A stretch of 64,000 nt of DNA from Geosiphon pyriformis uo1 (lineage: Eukaryota; Fungi; Glomeromycota): the NCBI GenBank assembly GCA_016748015.1, contig JAAOMT010000135.1, positions 124,001-188,000 of the forward strand, given 5' to 3'. Below are positions 12,790 through 24,958 of this stretch, in pieces; position 1 is the first letter of the stretch; the number at the start of each line of letters is the position of its first letter. Under the pieces are notes generated by a model that searched no databases, was not told the origin of the DNA, and saw only the letters and a program-made list of their open reading frames with translations. The position numbers were made by a program, and so were the translations under genes.

Positions 12790-13440
12790 AAAAGTTAATT
12801 TACATAGAAGATAGTAGAATTTTTCTTATTATTATTTATTTTTAATAATTAATTCATTAAATGAAATCTATATTTATGTTTACAACCAAAGCAAAAAGCA
12901 ATACTTTTTTCTTAGTTTTTAAAAATATTACAACTTAAAAGATTTTTTAATAATAAAAATAACTAAACAAAATATTATAAAAATGCTTTTTTTAAATATT
13001 TTAAAACAAAACAGTTTTAACTTTTTTTTATATTTTCATAATTATACTTAAAACAAAATAATAAAAAAACAATTCTTTTTTTATTGTTTTTAATAATTTT
13101 AATACTTAAATGGTTTTTTTAAAAATAAAAATTACTTTTTTTAAATAATAAAAACACAAAAACTTAATAACTTTTTATTTTTTTATTTTTATGATCATGC
13201 TTAAAACAAAGAATAAAAAAGTTTCAAATATTACTTTCTCTATAATTAATAAAGTTTTAATAAAAAAAAGGTCTTTTTATTATTAAAACAGCTAAACAAA
13301 ATATCTTAATTAAATTTTTCTTAAATATTAATAGTAAAAAATTGCTTTTAGCAGCTTTTAAATTATTTTTTTATCTTTAATTAATGGTTTTTTTTAGTTA
13401 AAGTTTTTTTTAAAAAACATACTCAGATTAATTTTAATAT
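12790..13440. other. Extremely AT-rich boundary segment, probably a terminally decayed repeat
   Basis: Almost only A/T runs, with abrupt onset just upstream of the J-domain gene. Confidence 0.6.
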
Positions 13441-13445
13441 TGTTT

Positions 13446-15738
13446 AATTACAAAAATTTTAAGCAAAACTCTTTGTCTTCTTAATTTTATGACCACGACC
13501 AAAGCAAAGAGTAAAAGAGCTGCACTTAATATCTGTCCTGAGATATCTAATAAAATTTCAACCAGAGAAGCTCTTTCTGTTGTAGAAGCAACTAGGCAAA
13601 ACGTTTTAGAAGCCTTCCTTCTACCCAGTAATTGTGATAAGCTGCCTTTGGTAGCCACTGAAACAACTTCCTCATCTTTGGCTGGTTTTTTACCAGTCAA
13701 AGTCCCCTCAAAGAGACACACCTGGGTTAGTCTCAGTGTTGCCTCCATCCCAACCAAGAGCCCAAAAGTTTTTAATAATAGACCAGTGAATAAGCTGGTT
13801 TTCCCCTCTATAGATTCAACACCTGGTGCTTTTAGCACCACCTCTTCAAAAAAAATGATCAAAAAGACCAAAAGTTCAGAAAAGTGGAAGCAGTTGCTTG
13901 CCTCTGTTATTGTTACACCAAACCCCTTTGTGGTTCCCAATGAGATCTTAGATGAAATTTCCATAGCATCATCTGGCATGTCATCCAAGATAGGCCAAGA
14001 TCAACCACTGGCTGTGTTGCCAAATGTGGTGTCTTCTGGCAGATCATCGCTGGTTTTAAAAGCAAAGCAATCTTCTTCTGTTGGGTCATCTGTTCTTGGG
14101 AACTGGGCTGATCAAATGGAAACTGATTCATCTTCTCCTTTAGTTTCTGGTGCTACTTCTGGTGGTGCTTGAGAAACTATTACTAGTCATCAAAGGTTTG
14201 CTGAGTGGGTGGCCTCCACTTTGGTGCCTGGTGCTACTTTTAGGATCAAATTGGCTTATGTTAAGACTGTTTTTCAGTCTGTGCATGGTTTCTTGGGTGC
14301 TAAATCTATTACAATGTGAAGCTTTTCTGTATGGAGTTTGCTTCTTAACAATCTTTGGAAGCTGCATTTCTGATTGAGCTTACAAGCTCTGTTCATTTGG
14401 CCACTCTCAAAATTGCTAAGTCTTTGGTGGTTTCTGAATCTGGTTCCTCTCCTGCTGCTGTTGCACTGCATGATGTGCTTTTGGGTGTGTCTGCTGCTGA
14501 CATTAAGTTGGCTCTCAGTGTGTTTGGTAGTGTCGCTCATGTTGTGCTGAAGCCTGTTGGTATTTGGCAGTATGTGGTGGTTTATTTTGAAAAGTTGGAC
14601 TCTGCTGTGTCTGCCTTGAAGCATTGGTCAGTCTTAATGGGCAAGGATAGTGTTAGAATTCTCTCTCTGGTAAATCAAAATGAGACTATTTTGTTTTGTG
14701 ATAAGTTTAAGGCCAAATTGGTCAACCTTCCCTCTGGTTGTACTGTCTTTGAAATCAGTAATATAATTTCTCAGATTGGTGGTTGAACATGTTTCATCCC
14801 TCGTTCTCCTGATTCTGGTTGTTGTTCCCAGTTCGCTTTGGTTATATTTGACTCTCAAGGCGATTTGGATTCTGCTATAGTTAAGACTGGTACTCTAAAA
14901 AAATGCTGTATCTGGTGGAAAACTCCTGGCTGTTGGCGCTGCTTTAGGTGTCAAGAAATGGGCCATCTGGTTATGGATTGCAAGATTTCTCCACCTCCCA
15001 CTCCCAAGGTTCCCAAGGTTTTCAAGTTTTGTTTTGTGGGTTCTGCTTCAAGACTGCTGCTCCTTCTGGTCTTTCTGAGTTTCCTCCTTTGGTGGCTTTT
15101 TTGGCTGCTTCTGTTGCTGATCCTGCTGTTGGTTTTAGATTGGACTCTTTGGAAAAGCAAATTTCGGATTTGGCTGCTCTGGTTAAGTCTATTGTTGAAT
15201 CTGTTGGTTCTTTGGGTGCTTTGGTGTCTTGTCTTCTTGATGATAATGCTGCTAAGGCTGTTCAGGTTGAGAAAGATCTTATTTCTATGAAGAGTGCTGC
15301 TAACAATTTTTCTAACCTCTTGGTTGAGGTCTCCAAGGACATTGCTTGTCTTAGATCTGAGATTAACTTTGGTGATATGGATTATGATGGTATGCTGGCT
15401 GCTAAGCCTTCCTTTTTAAGTGAGGACACTATTGAGCATGTTATTGCTTTGTGGCGTATGTCTGATGCTGAAACCAGAGGCAATATTGAGTCTACTAGAT
15501 TGTTTTTTAGTGAGTTTATTTTTGACTCTAGGAATCTGAATAGTATCATTGAGAGAATTTGTGGGTTGGGATTATTTCCACCTACTTTTGATTTAGCGTA
15601 GTGAGTTTTTGATTGGGCTGAGTGTCTGATCATGTATAGAAAACACATAATTTACGCCTATAATGTAATCTCTTATGTGGTATCATAGTTTTAGGTAGTA
15701 TTTGGGTCTCACTCATTAAAATATAATAAAAAAAAAAT
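13446..15738 (+). mobile_element. ORF1-only non-LTR retroelement (half-LINE/HAL1-like), degraded, with poly(A) tail
   Basis: Broken ORF 13489-15601 has RRM-like segments (IKLALSVFGSV.HV.LKPVGIWQYVVVYF), a CCHC knuckle CFRCQEMGHLVMDC and a coiled coil. No endonuclease or RT follows. The 3' UTR resembles that of the LINE at 63190-63340. A-tail at 15728-15737; possible TSD atattgttt (13437-45 / 15739-47). Confidence 0.8.
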
Positions 15739-15805
15739 ATATTGTTTCTATTTTTTTTTAAAAGTTCTAAAGTTTTTAATAACAGATTAGTATTATTAGA
15801 GTTTT

Positions 15806-16592
15806 TTTTACTCATAAGAGAAAACAGATATAAAAATAGTAAACCAATAAGGAAGTAATAGTTAGCACATAAGTATATTGCTCAACAATATAAAGCAATA
15901 TCAAAAATCATAGCACATTGTTCAAGAAATCATAACACATTACTCAGAAATGTGAGCAATCTTATAGAACATTAATTATGTATATATAGCAGTAGTATTA
16001 GAAGAAAAAAAGACAAACCTCTTAGTTTAGATTTGATCTAAGCAATCTTCTATTCACAAATATCAAATAAATAATTATTCACTATCTTAATTTACTCTCT
16101 ACTATTAACACTTTATTTTGATAGTAATTGATACTTAAATACACTAGAACAATAGCTCTTGATCACAGCTATTGATAAGATACTAACATTTATTACCTTG
16201 GCTTATTTTTTTTATTTTTTTTTTATTTTTTTTTGTTATTTTTTTTGTTTTACTAATTGATTTAAGAGTAAAAGTGCTGAATTATTAACATCAAGAATAG
16301 CCTAATAAAAGACCCTAAAGGAAAGGTATAACATTAAAAATTTAAGGATAGCTTACCAGAAAGGCATCTCTGCCAGATTACTGGCCATCATACTAAGAAA
16401 AAAATTTGATGGAATTGCGATTCCAAAAGGCTACTGAGAAGACAACTATTGAATCTTTGTTTATTATACAAAAGACTCAACCAAATCTTTCAGATACAAA
16501 TAAACTACAGATATTACCAATCAAAAAAGCAATTGAACACCAAGTTACAGATTTGTTATTTGATTTGAGACTTCAAATAATTATCTGTAATA
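15806..16592 (+). repeat. 5' LTR of A1
   Basis: Direct repeat of 24959-25765. Ends tctgtaata and is followed by the PBS. The 5' edge is degraded. Confidence 0.88.
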
Positions 16593-16594
16593 TT

Positions 16595-16611
16595 TGGTGC
16601 TCCTTGTAAGG
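16595..16611 (+). promoter_or_regulatory. Primer binding site of A1 (TGGTGCTCCTTGTAAGG)
   Basis: TGG-initiated tRNA-complement motif 2 nt after the LTR. Equivalents occur at 49029 (A3), ~43796-43812 (A2, minus) and 47865-47881 (B, minus). Confidence 0.85.
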
Positions 16612-19600
16612 TATAATTCAACAAACAACTATCTGAAACAATAGCAAAATCTGAAGAAATAGAGACAAACCATTTGGAATTTGCAAAATTCTTATTCCAA
16701 TACTATTACACCTATTTTGGATTAACAAATAATAGTTGGCCAACAGAATCAGTTTTCAACTGCTATGTTAACAAGAAAATAGTATATTATTTAAAAGACC
16801 AAGGAGATTCAGAATTCGTCTTCAACAATTTTTTCAGTGAATTACTCCAAAGCACTACCCTTCCACAAAATTACTTATTTGTACCTTTAATCACAAAAAT
16901 AAACAGGGAAATTGAAAAATACACCAAACAGAAATTTCTTATCACTTTTGCTGACAAAGAAAAAAGAAGATTACAAACACCAGCAGAAACACCAAAACAA
17001 ATCCAACTACCCACTTAGAAAAAACAAAAATTTGATTCACCTGCTAATCCATCATATTACTACACACTTGGAAGCACTATCAATATAATAAGCATAGCTA
17101 CAGCAAGCATGACAACACCACTAAACAGAATTCTGTTTTAAAGTAAACAAAAGAAAACACAATTATTAGGAACATACAGCAATTATTTTGAGAGATTTAA
17201 ATCACAATTTTCAATACCATCAAAAATTTGATTACCACCACCACAACCAGATTTTGGAGCTGTTAGTTCTTGGGAAATAACCAACTCCAAGGAAGAGGAA
17301 AGTAGTGATCAAGAAACCAGCAAGTGAAACCCAATACAACAAAATTTGGAAAATCAAACTCTGAATATTCAAACTTCGGAAAATCAAACTTTGAATATTC
17401 AAACTCCAGGAAATCAGAACAATTCAAACCCAACCCAATTAATTAGCAAAACTTACCTCTAATAATTGAGATTAATCTACTACTTATTTTACCAATTGCC
17501 AGACAACAACAACAGCCACAACTGCTATCCCAACAACAATTCTAGCAGCAACCACAACACCAACTACAACAACAAATGACCTACACTCCAATTGCCAAAA
17601 TAGAAAAATTCACTGGCAAAGAGAACAATATCCAAGTATGGCTCAATGATATGGAAAAAGCCATCACAGCAAATGGATGGAATAACAACAAAGCCTTTCA
17701 AGCAATCTCCTATTTTTTCTAAGATACTGCTAACTCATAGTACTAGAGTTTAACCATCAAACCACAGACTTTCCAAAAATTCAAACTGGAATTTGTGAGA
17801 TACTTCAGTAATAATAATAGCATTAATCACTTGGCAAATACAATCACTACTATAAAGCAAGGAGAAACTAAAGCAGTCACTACTTACCTAGGATGCTTCT
17901 ATAGAAACCTGTGCCAAATACAAGCAATTGACATAAATTACTTAATAGCACCACAGTTTCTGAACCAGTTTATTCATGAATTACACAGTAGCATCCTCCA
18001 GCATATGTGTCTAATACACCCACAAACTCTCTAAGATGCAGTTACCAATGTAAGAGATTTTGAATTTATTGAACTTGAAGCAAACCACATCCAAGCTGTA
18101 AATCTAGTAATAAACAGATCATCTGACTTGGATTCCAAATTGAAGCAATTCAGTGAATCAATCAATCAGAAATTAGAGAGATACTTAACTAACAATAATC
18201 AGACAATTTATCAATCTTCTCAACAATGCAATAATCAAGAAAACTATAATTGCATCCAAAATCAACTGCATCCAGCATTGTTAACCAATCACCAGTGGCA
18301 GCAGAAAATATGTGTATGCCACTATTGTGGTAAACAAAGACATTTACAATTGGAATATCACAAAAAGATAAGCAATCTAAGATCAGTTAATTAGTATTAA
18401 AGCTCCAATCATCGACTTCAAACTCAGAATTATGTCAGTAATCAATCACCAGAACAATATCAATCTTAATTACATTACTCTCCAGTGACTCAGCCAATTT
18501 ATCAAACCCCAATAATGCAGCAATTATACTTATTTTTAATATATTAGTCTCTAGCATCAATCTATCAATTGACAACACCCATAATCTATCAACCACTGCA
18601 GCCACAAGTAATCTATTAGACACCAGCAATCTTAATCCCAAACTCAGCTCAGATGACATCAAGAAATTCCAGATTTAAAGTCACTCAAACCTAGAAATCA
18701 GCAATAGTTGTTCACCAACCAATTTCTAGCTCCTCAAACCAGCCATTGGGATTACACCAGCAGAGTTCAGGAACTGGGTATACTCAAAACCTGAGTTCTC
18801 AAAACTATTTAAGTCTCTTAATAACTCTAGAAAATGCCTTATTCAACAACACAAAACCCAACCAAAACCAACCACTCACTAGCAACATACCTCCAGCCAC
18901 CATTACTAACAACAAATTACTTGCCACTATCTTCTCATTCAAATTTGAAGAACTGACATCCACACTTAAGAAAAAACCAATTACTGCTATGTATACTGAT
19001 GCCAAAGTCAATGACCACTCTATTAAATTCATTCTTAATAGTGAATTAGCAGGCAGCATTATCACATGACAACTCATAAACCAATTAAGTTACTGAGTTG
19101 ATTGTGTTGCCAGCACCAAAATTATAACAGCTGATGGAATGACCAAAATGTCAATTGGCAAGATTGATGACCTCCCAATAGAAGTCAATGGCATTATTGT
19201 ATCAATCAAAGTATTAGTCATAGAAGCCATTCAGTATTAAGCACTTGTTAGTAATGACTGGCTAGTTAAAACCAATGCCATGCTCGACTGGAACATGCAA
19301 AAACTACAGCTCAATCAAGATGGACAACATACAAAAGTGCCAGCCACGTGTGGCCATTTCAAACCAAATAGTATCACATCAATATCACTAATTGAATTCA
19401 AAAAAGAAGAAGAAAAAAAACCCACCTGAGAAGCTTATCAAGTTTTATGGGCCAATAAAGACTACAATGAGCTACTACTAATACTCTCTTGGGACAACAA
19501 TGAGAAAAAAAAGCAAAAAAAAGAACTTATCTGGAATTTTGACCAAGTCTGGAGCACTGAAAATAACCAGGAAGAGCTAATAACTTGGAAGAGAGAAGAA

Positions 19601-20608
19601 AGCAATAAGAAAAAAGGAAAAAAAAAGGAAAAAGAAACAACATTCATTAACACCACTACTTATAACTTCTATACCTATACTATACCACAACAATCCACCT
19701 ATTACTGACCAAAGTTTATATGCATTAATTGCAGTAAGAAATTATTGTCAATGGATGTATGCTGTGGTAATAACGAAAAATACTCCACAGCAACAAAATT
19801 TTACTGTCATCCATGTGTCATAGAATGCTTTGAACAACCAAAACAGCAGAGAAAATGGAACAACAAATCATGTCTTGCATGTAGAACTATTTTGCCCAAC
19901 AAAGGAATGTGGAATGACATTCCTGGGCATGGAAAAATGTGTGATGAAATGTGTCAATATATAATCTTAATCAATAACTGGATACACAAGAGAACACCAA
20001 TTGACAATGGTTGGAAACAAGCATTACAACAATTGGAAAGATATCTCCATAATAAACATGAAATCTGAAGAATGGCAAGTACAAAAGCAGAAGACATGAC
20101 AACCAGTGAACTACTGGAAATCAAAAACAACCCTCTATTTCTTTCTGAACCCAAATATGTTCAAACTTTTGATGTCTTTGGCAACATTGAAAACAATTTA
20201 GAATAATTCCATGAATATTACCAGTGACTAGCACTCACTAGATAAGAATAAGAGTAGTGTTTAAAACAGTTGAATACTCGATTATGTCAATATTGTTTAA
20301 TTTCCTGTAACTTTTAATATTGTAATAAGTGTCACCTCATTTACAATCTACTACCATGCATGATCTATGCAATCCAAGAGGAAGAAGAACCAATCAGCAG
20401 CTGTAGATCGGAATCAGAATTACTGTTCAATTTTAATTCAAACTTCTATAATAATGATGACAAAAATAACAGTTCCAGCTCTATTTAAAATAGCAACAAA
20501 AATTATAATGATTCAAACTCCGATTCAAACCCCAAACAATACATCATGCTCCCTGACCTCTTTAAGGAGCAGAAACTAAAATGGTTTAGTGATAATAATA
20601 AAGATATT

Positions 20609-21010
20609 ATGCCAGAATGTGTGCACAATACTAATACAGGGTTTGATCTGAGATATCCAAAAAAAGATGCCATCAAATTGAAACCACACTCACACACCTG
20701 CATTGATCTTAAAATAGCACTGAAAATTCTAGCAACAACAATGGTTCAATTAGCATCTAGGAGTAGTTTAATGAAAAAAAAATTCAACATCACAGAAAGA
20801 GTAATTAACACAGGATATGTAAGAAATATCATTGCTATGCTACAAAATAACTCAGAAAAAGCCTATATCATAGAGCCAAATGAAAAGATAGCACAGGCAA
20901 TATTCTTGCCTCTGGTTAAAGTAGTTTAATTAATATCAATAGAAAACAGGGAAGAATTAGGAATTACAGCTAGAGAAATACAGGGATTTAGATTAACAGA
21001 TAGAATAGAC
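20609..21010 (+). pseudogene. Trimeric dUTPase domain in A1 pol
   Basis: GFDL, ASRSS, INTGYVRNI (=IDAGYxG), EKIAQAIF and C-terminal REIQGFRLT (=RGxxGFGST) motifs, in order. Confidence 0.88.
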
Positions 21011-22868
21011 ATACCAGTTAATATGGCAGAGGAAAAAATTATTGACAAGAGAGAAATTATTTTCACCTGTTAATCAATTTCCATTCTACCATATGACCAA
21101 TACATGTTAACTATAGAAAAAAAAATGAAAAGTTAAGTTCAGATGTTTGAAGCAGAAACAACCATTTGTGAAACAGGAGAGATTGGATTCACCAATCTTT
21201 ATATATCAGCTAAAAACTCTAAACACATTAAAATTCTTATCTACAACACAATTGGAGATGTCATTAAGATACCAAAAGGAATCATAATCAGATACTTAAG
21301 CATTGAAGTCGAAAATCAACCACCAAGCACCATTCCAGACTTTCCACAACTTTGCAGATATGTGGATATTACATCACAAACAATATATGGACAGGAAGAA
21401 TGTTATCTGTTCCAACTAAAACAATTGGAACAAATAAACTTGGAAAACTTAGACTCACTTCAATGGATGCAACTTAAGATATTATTTAACAACTTCAATG
21501 ATATTTTTGCCAACAAAAATGAATTTGGCAAAACCAACATAATCCAGCACCAGATTAAGACTGAAGATGCAATGCCAATCAAACAAAGAGCATACAAAGT
21601 ACTCCCAGCTAGCCATGAGATCATTCATCAAGAAATTAATCAGATGCTTAACAACAGGCTAATTCAGTTATCAATGAGTCTATGATTATCACCAGTAGTA
21701 TTAGTCCATAAGAAAAATAGAAAAATCTGTTTTTGTGTAGATTACTGGAAACTGAATAAAGTAACCAAAGGAAATAGCTACCTGACTCCAAAAATCCAAG
21801 AATTGTTCAACACTTTTGGAGAAAAAAAATAGTTTTCAACTTTAGACTTAGACAGTAGTTATTGGCAAGTAGCCATAAAACCAGAAAATAAAGAGAAAAC
21901 AGCTTTTACAACACAAAAAGAGAATTTTGAATTTGAGGTTATACTATTTGGCTTAATGAATGCTCCAGCCACATTCCAATGGCTTATGGAAATTGTTTAT
22001 ATCAAACTGCTATAAAAATCAGTAGTTGTATACTTAAACAACACTAATGTGTTCTCAAAAACATTTAATAATTATCTGTATTATTTCCAACAAGTATTTG
22101 AAAGACTCAGACAAGCAAAATTGAAATTAAATGTCAACAAATGTTTTTTTGGCAAAACAGAACTCAAGTTTTTGGAACATGTTGTGAGCAAAAATAGTAT
22201 TAAAACAAATTCAGACAAGATTGAAATTGTTAAAAACTTTCTAGTACCAAATAATTTCACAGAATTAAGAGCATTCTTGGGATTTGCTAGATACTACTGT
22301 CATTTTATCAAAAATTTTTCCAAAATAGCTCAACCATTATACCAACTCCAAACAAAGAACACCAAATATGAATAAACAGAAACTCAGCAAAAAGCTTTTG
22401 ATATATTAAGAAGAAAGTTTATTCAAGCTCCAGTACTGATCTATCCAGATCATAGCAAGCTATTCATAATCATAACTAATATATCTGATTAAGCATTGGG
22501 AGTGGTATTATTGCAGAAAAAACTAGATGGACAAGAACACCTAGTAGCATATGCTAGTAAAAGCTTAAGTCCAGCTAAAAAAAACTATGGAATTCTAATG
22601 CTAGAACACTTGGCTATTTATTGAACTGTTATCAAATAGAAAGAATACTTGAGTCAAAAGTTTGATATATATACTGATTATAAAGAATTGACTTTGATCC
22701 AGAAGCAAAAATTTGGAAACAATCACTATGCCAGATGAAAAATAAAATTTTCACCATTTAATTATACAGTACATTACAAAAAAGGAAAAGAAAACAGAAA
22801 TGCTAACAGCTTGTCACAAATGAAACAAATCTAAAAAGACAATTTCAACCCAAAAATATAACAAAAAG

Positions 22869-24252
22869 ATAAATATACAAAAATACCAACAATTTCAACA
22901 TAATATATAGATACCCAATTGTTCAAGGAAAACTTATCTCAAAAGGAACAAAACAACATAAAACAGCAATCAAAATATTTTATCAACCATCAAAATATAC
23001 TTTACTAAAAGAACAAAAGAAATTCAGATCAATCAATAAGAGTAATTACAGAACTAGAAAAAGAGACAATCTTATTCAACATGTACTTAGATTCAACAAC
23101 AGGACATTTTCATAAAGAAGCAACCATAGAAAGAACCAGAAAAAGATACTATTGGCCATTAATGTATCTAGACATTATTCAATATGTTCAAAATTGTGAT
23201 GCTTGTTAAAAAAGAGGTGAAACAAAACCCAGTGAACCATTAAGACCAATCAAAGTAAGACAATCATTCAATTGTATTGGAATTGACTTAGTTAAACTAT
23301 TAACAATTACCAGTAGAAGCAACAGATATATCACAGTAGTCATGAATTATCTTACAAAATGGCCAAAAGCAAAAGCCATTCAAAGAGCAAATGTAGAATC
23401 TGTTGCCAAATTTGTCTATTAAGATTTGATCTGTTGACATAGATGTTCAAAAAAACTACTATCAGATCAAGAAACTCACTTTGTGAATAGAACATTGGCA
23501 GAATTAAGTCAAAAATTTGGAATAAAAAGACTATTATCATCACTATACCATCCACAAACAAATGGATTAGTTGAAAAATTCAAAAAAATACTGTGTGAAG
23601 CAATAGTCAAGATCAGCCAAGAAAACCAGAATAAATAGAATTTGTTCATATTATCAGTATTATTTGCTTACAGAACAATGAAACAAAACACTATACAAAC
23701 AACATCATTTGAATTAGTATATAGTAGAACAACAATATTACCAGTTGAAATAGAAATCAAAACATATCCAACAGAACCAATAATAGAAGAAAATTTTCAA
23801 AGAACATTGTTGAAAAAAACATATGACTTAATGGAAACACTAAAAAACAAATGGTAAAAGCAGCTGATAATATTCAAAAGTCACAAGAAAAACAAAAAGA
23901 AAGACACAATAACCAACTACCAGATAAACCAGTCAAATTCAGGATTGGAGACAAAGTACTTATATATCATACCAAAGCAGAAAAACAATGGAGTGGAAAA
24001 TTTGATTCCAAATAGGATGGACCATTTCACATAGAAGAAATTCTAGGAAATGGAGCTTATAAATTAAGATGGAACAACAAAATCTTAGCCAAAGCAGCAC
24101 ATAGTGATCGACTGAAACCATATTATCATATAGTGTTACTATCTACCAGTAATATTCCACAATTAGGAGTACAGAGAATACTAGTTCAACCAGATAAGAT
24201 TTCATGAGATCTGAAACCAATCATAGTTATTAAACCAAACACATTAAATTAA
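22869..24252 (+). pseudogene. Integrase ORF of A1, separate from pol
   Basis: Begins after the pol TAA (22832-34). HH-CC remnant (TGHF...CDAC), IGIDLV, LSDQ.THF, YHPQTNGLVE, and a GPF/GPY-like C-terminus. Confidence 0.85.
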
Positions 24253-24259
24253 ACAACCA

Positions 24260-24943
24260 AAAGAATATATAAAGACATGATATATGAAACAAAAGCAACA
24301 AAGAAAAATAAAAATACCAGACCATATTCATATTTTAACTCAACAGTTGTTTCAGACTTTAAGTTAGCAGCAAGTGAACATAGAAATTATTATTAACAAC
24401 CAAACAATCTGTTATTGAAACACCAAACAAAAAAGGAAAAACACATCATACCAGTAACCACAAAAACAGTCAATAAACTGGTCAGATAAAATAGTAGAAA
24501 AAGTAAAGAACACTTTTGAAAAGATAACTGTTATGGTTTTAATAAAAAAACTAATGAAAAAAAATTGGAACCAATAGATAAACCAATTTCCAATATTATA
24601 CTGTTACTATCAATTGGAACAGAAAGTAGATATTTAGAAGTTATATTTTGACAAATCTAAGAGAATCTTTAATCAAGAGATAATCCAGAAAATTGAAGAT
24701 ACTATTAAAAAAAAAAAAAACTTAACACTACATATCAGAACTATTTATCGACTACACACTATATTTCAAAACTATCCAGAAGTATTGTTACACTCTAACA
24801 TGGAAACAATAACCATTAACCAATGGGGAAGAATAAACAACTCACAGATTAAAAAAATAAAGAGTAGAGTGGAACAGACACTACTTGAAAAGAAAATATT
24901 TAACATAATTCAAAATAAAAATTTTAATGGAGCTCAATATTAA
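24260..24943 (+). pseudogene. Uncharacterised 3' ORF (ORF4) of A1
   Basis: KIPDHIHILTQQLF...RTIYRLHTIFQNYPEVLLH...ITINQWGRI...NFNGAQY*. Homologous segments occur in A2 and A3. Confidence 0.72.
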
Positions 24944-24958
24944 AAAAGAAGGAGATAA

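Noticed and set aside
15795-15810. Target-site duplication for A1
   Set aside because: The left flank (T-run) does not match the right flank ctat at 25766-69. The 5' edge is degraded or rearranged.
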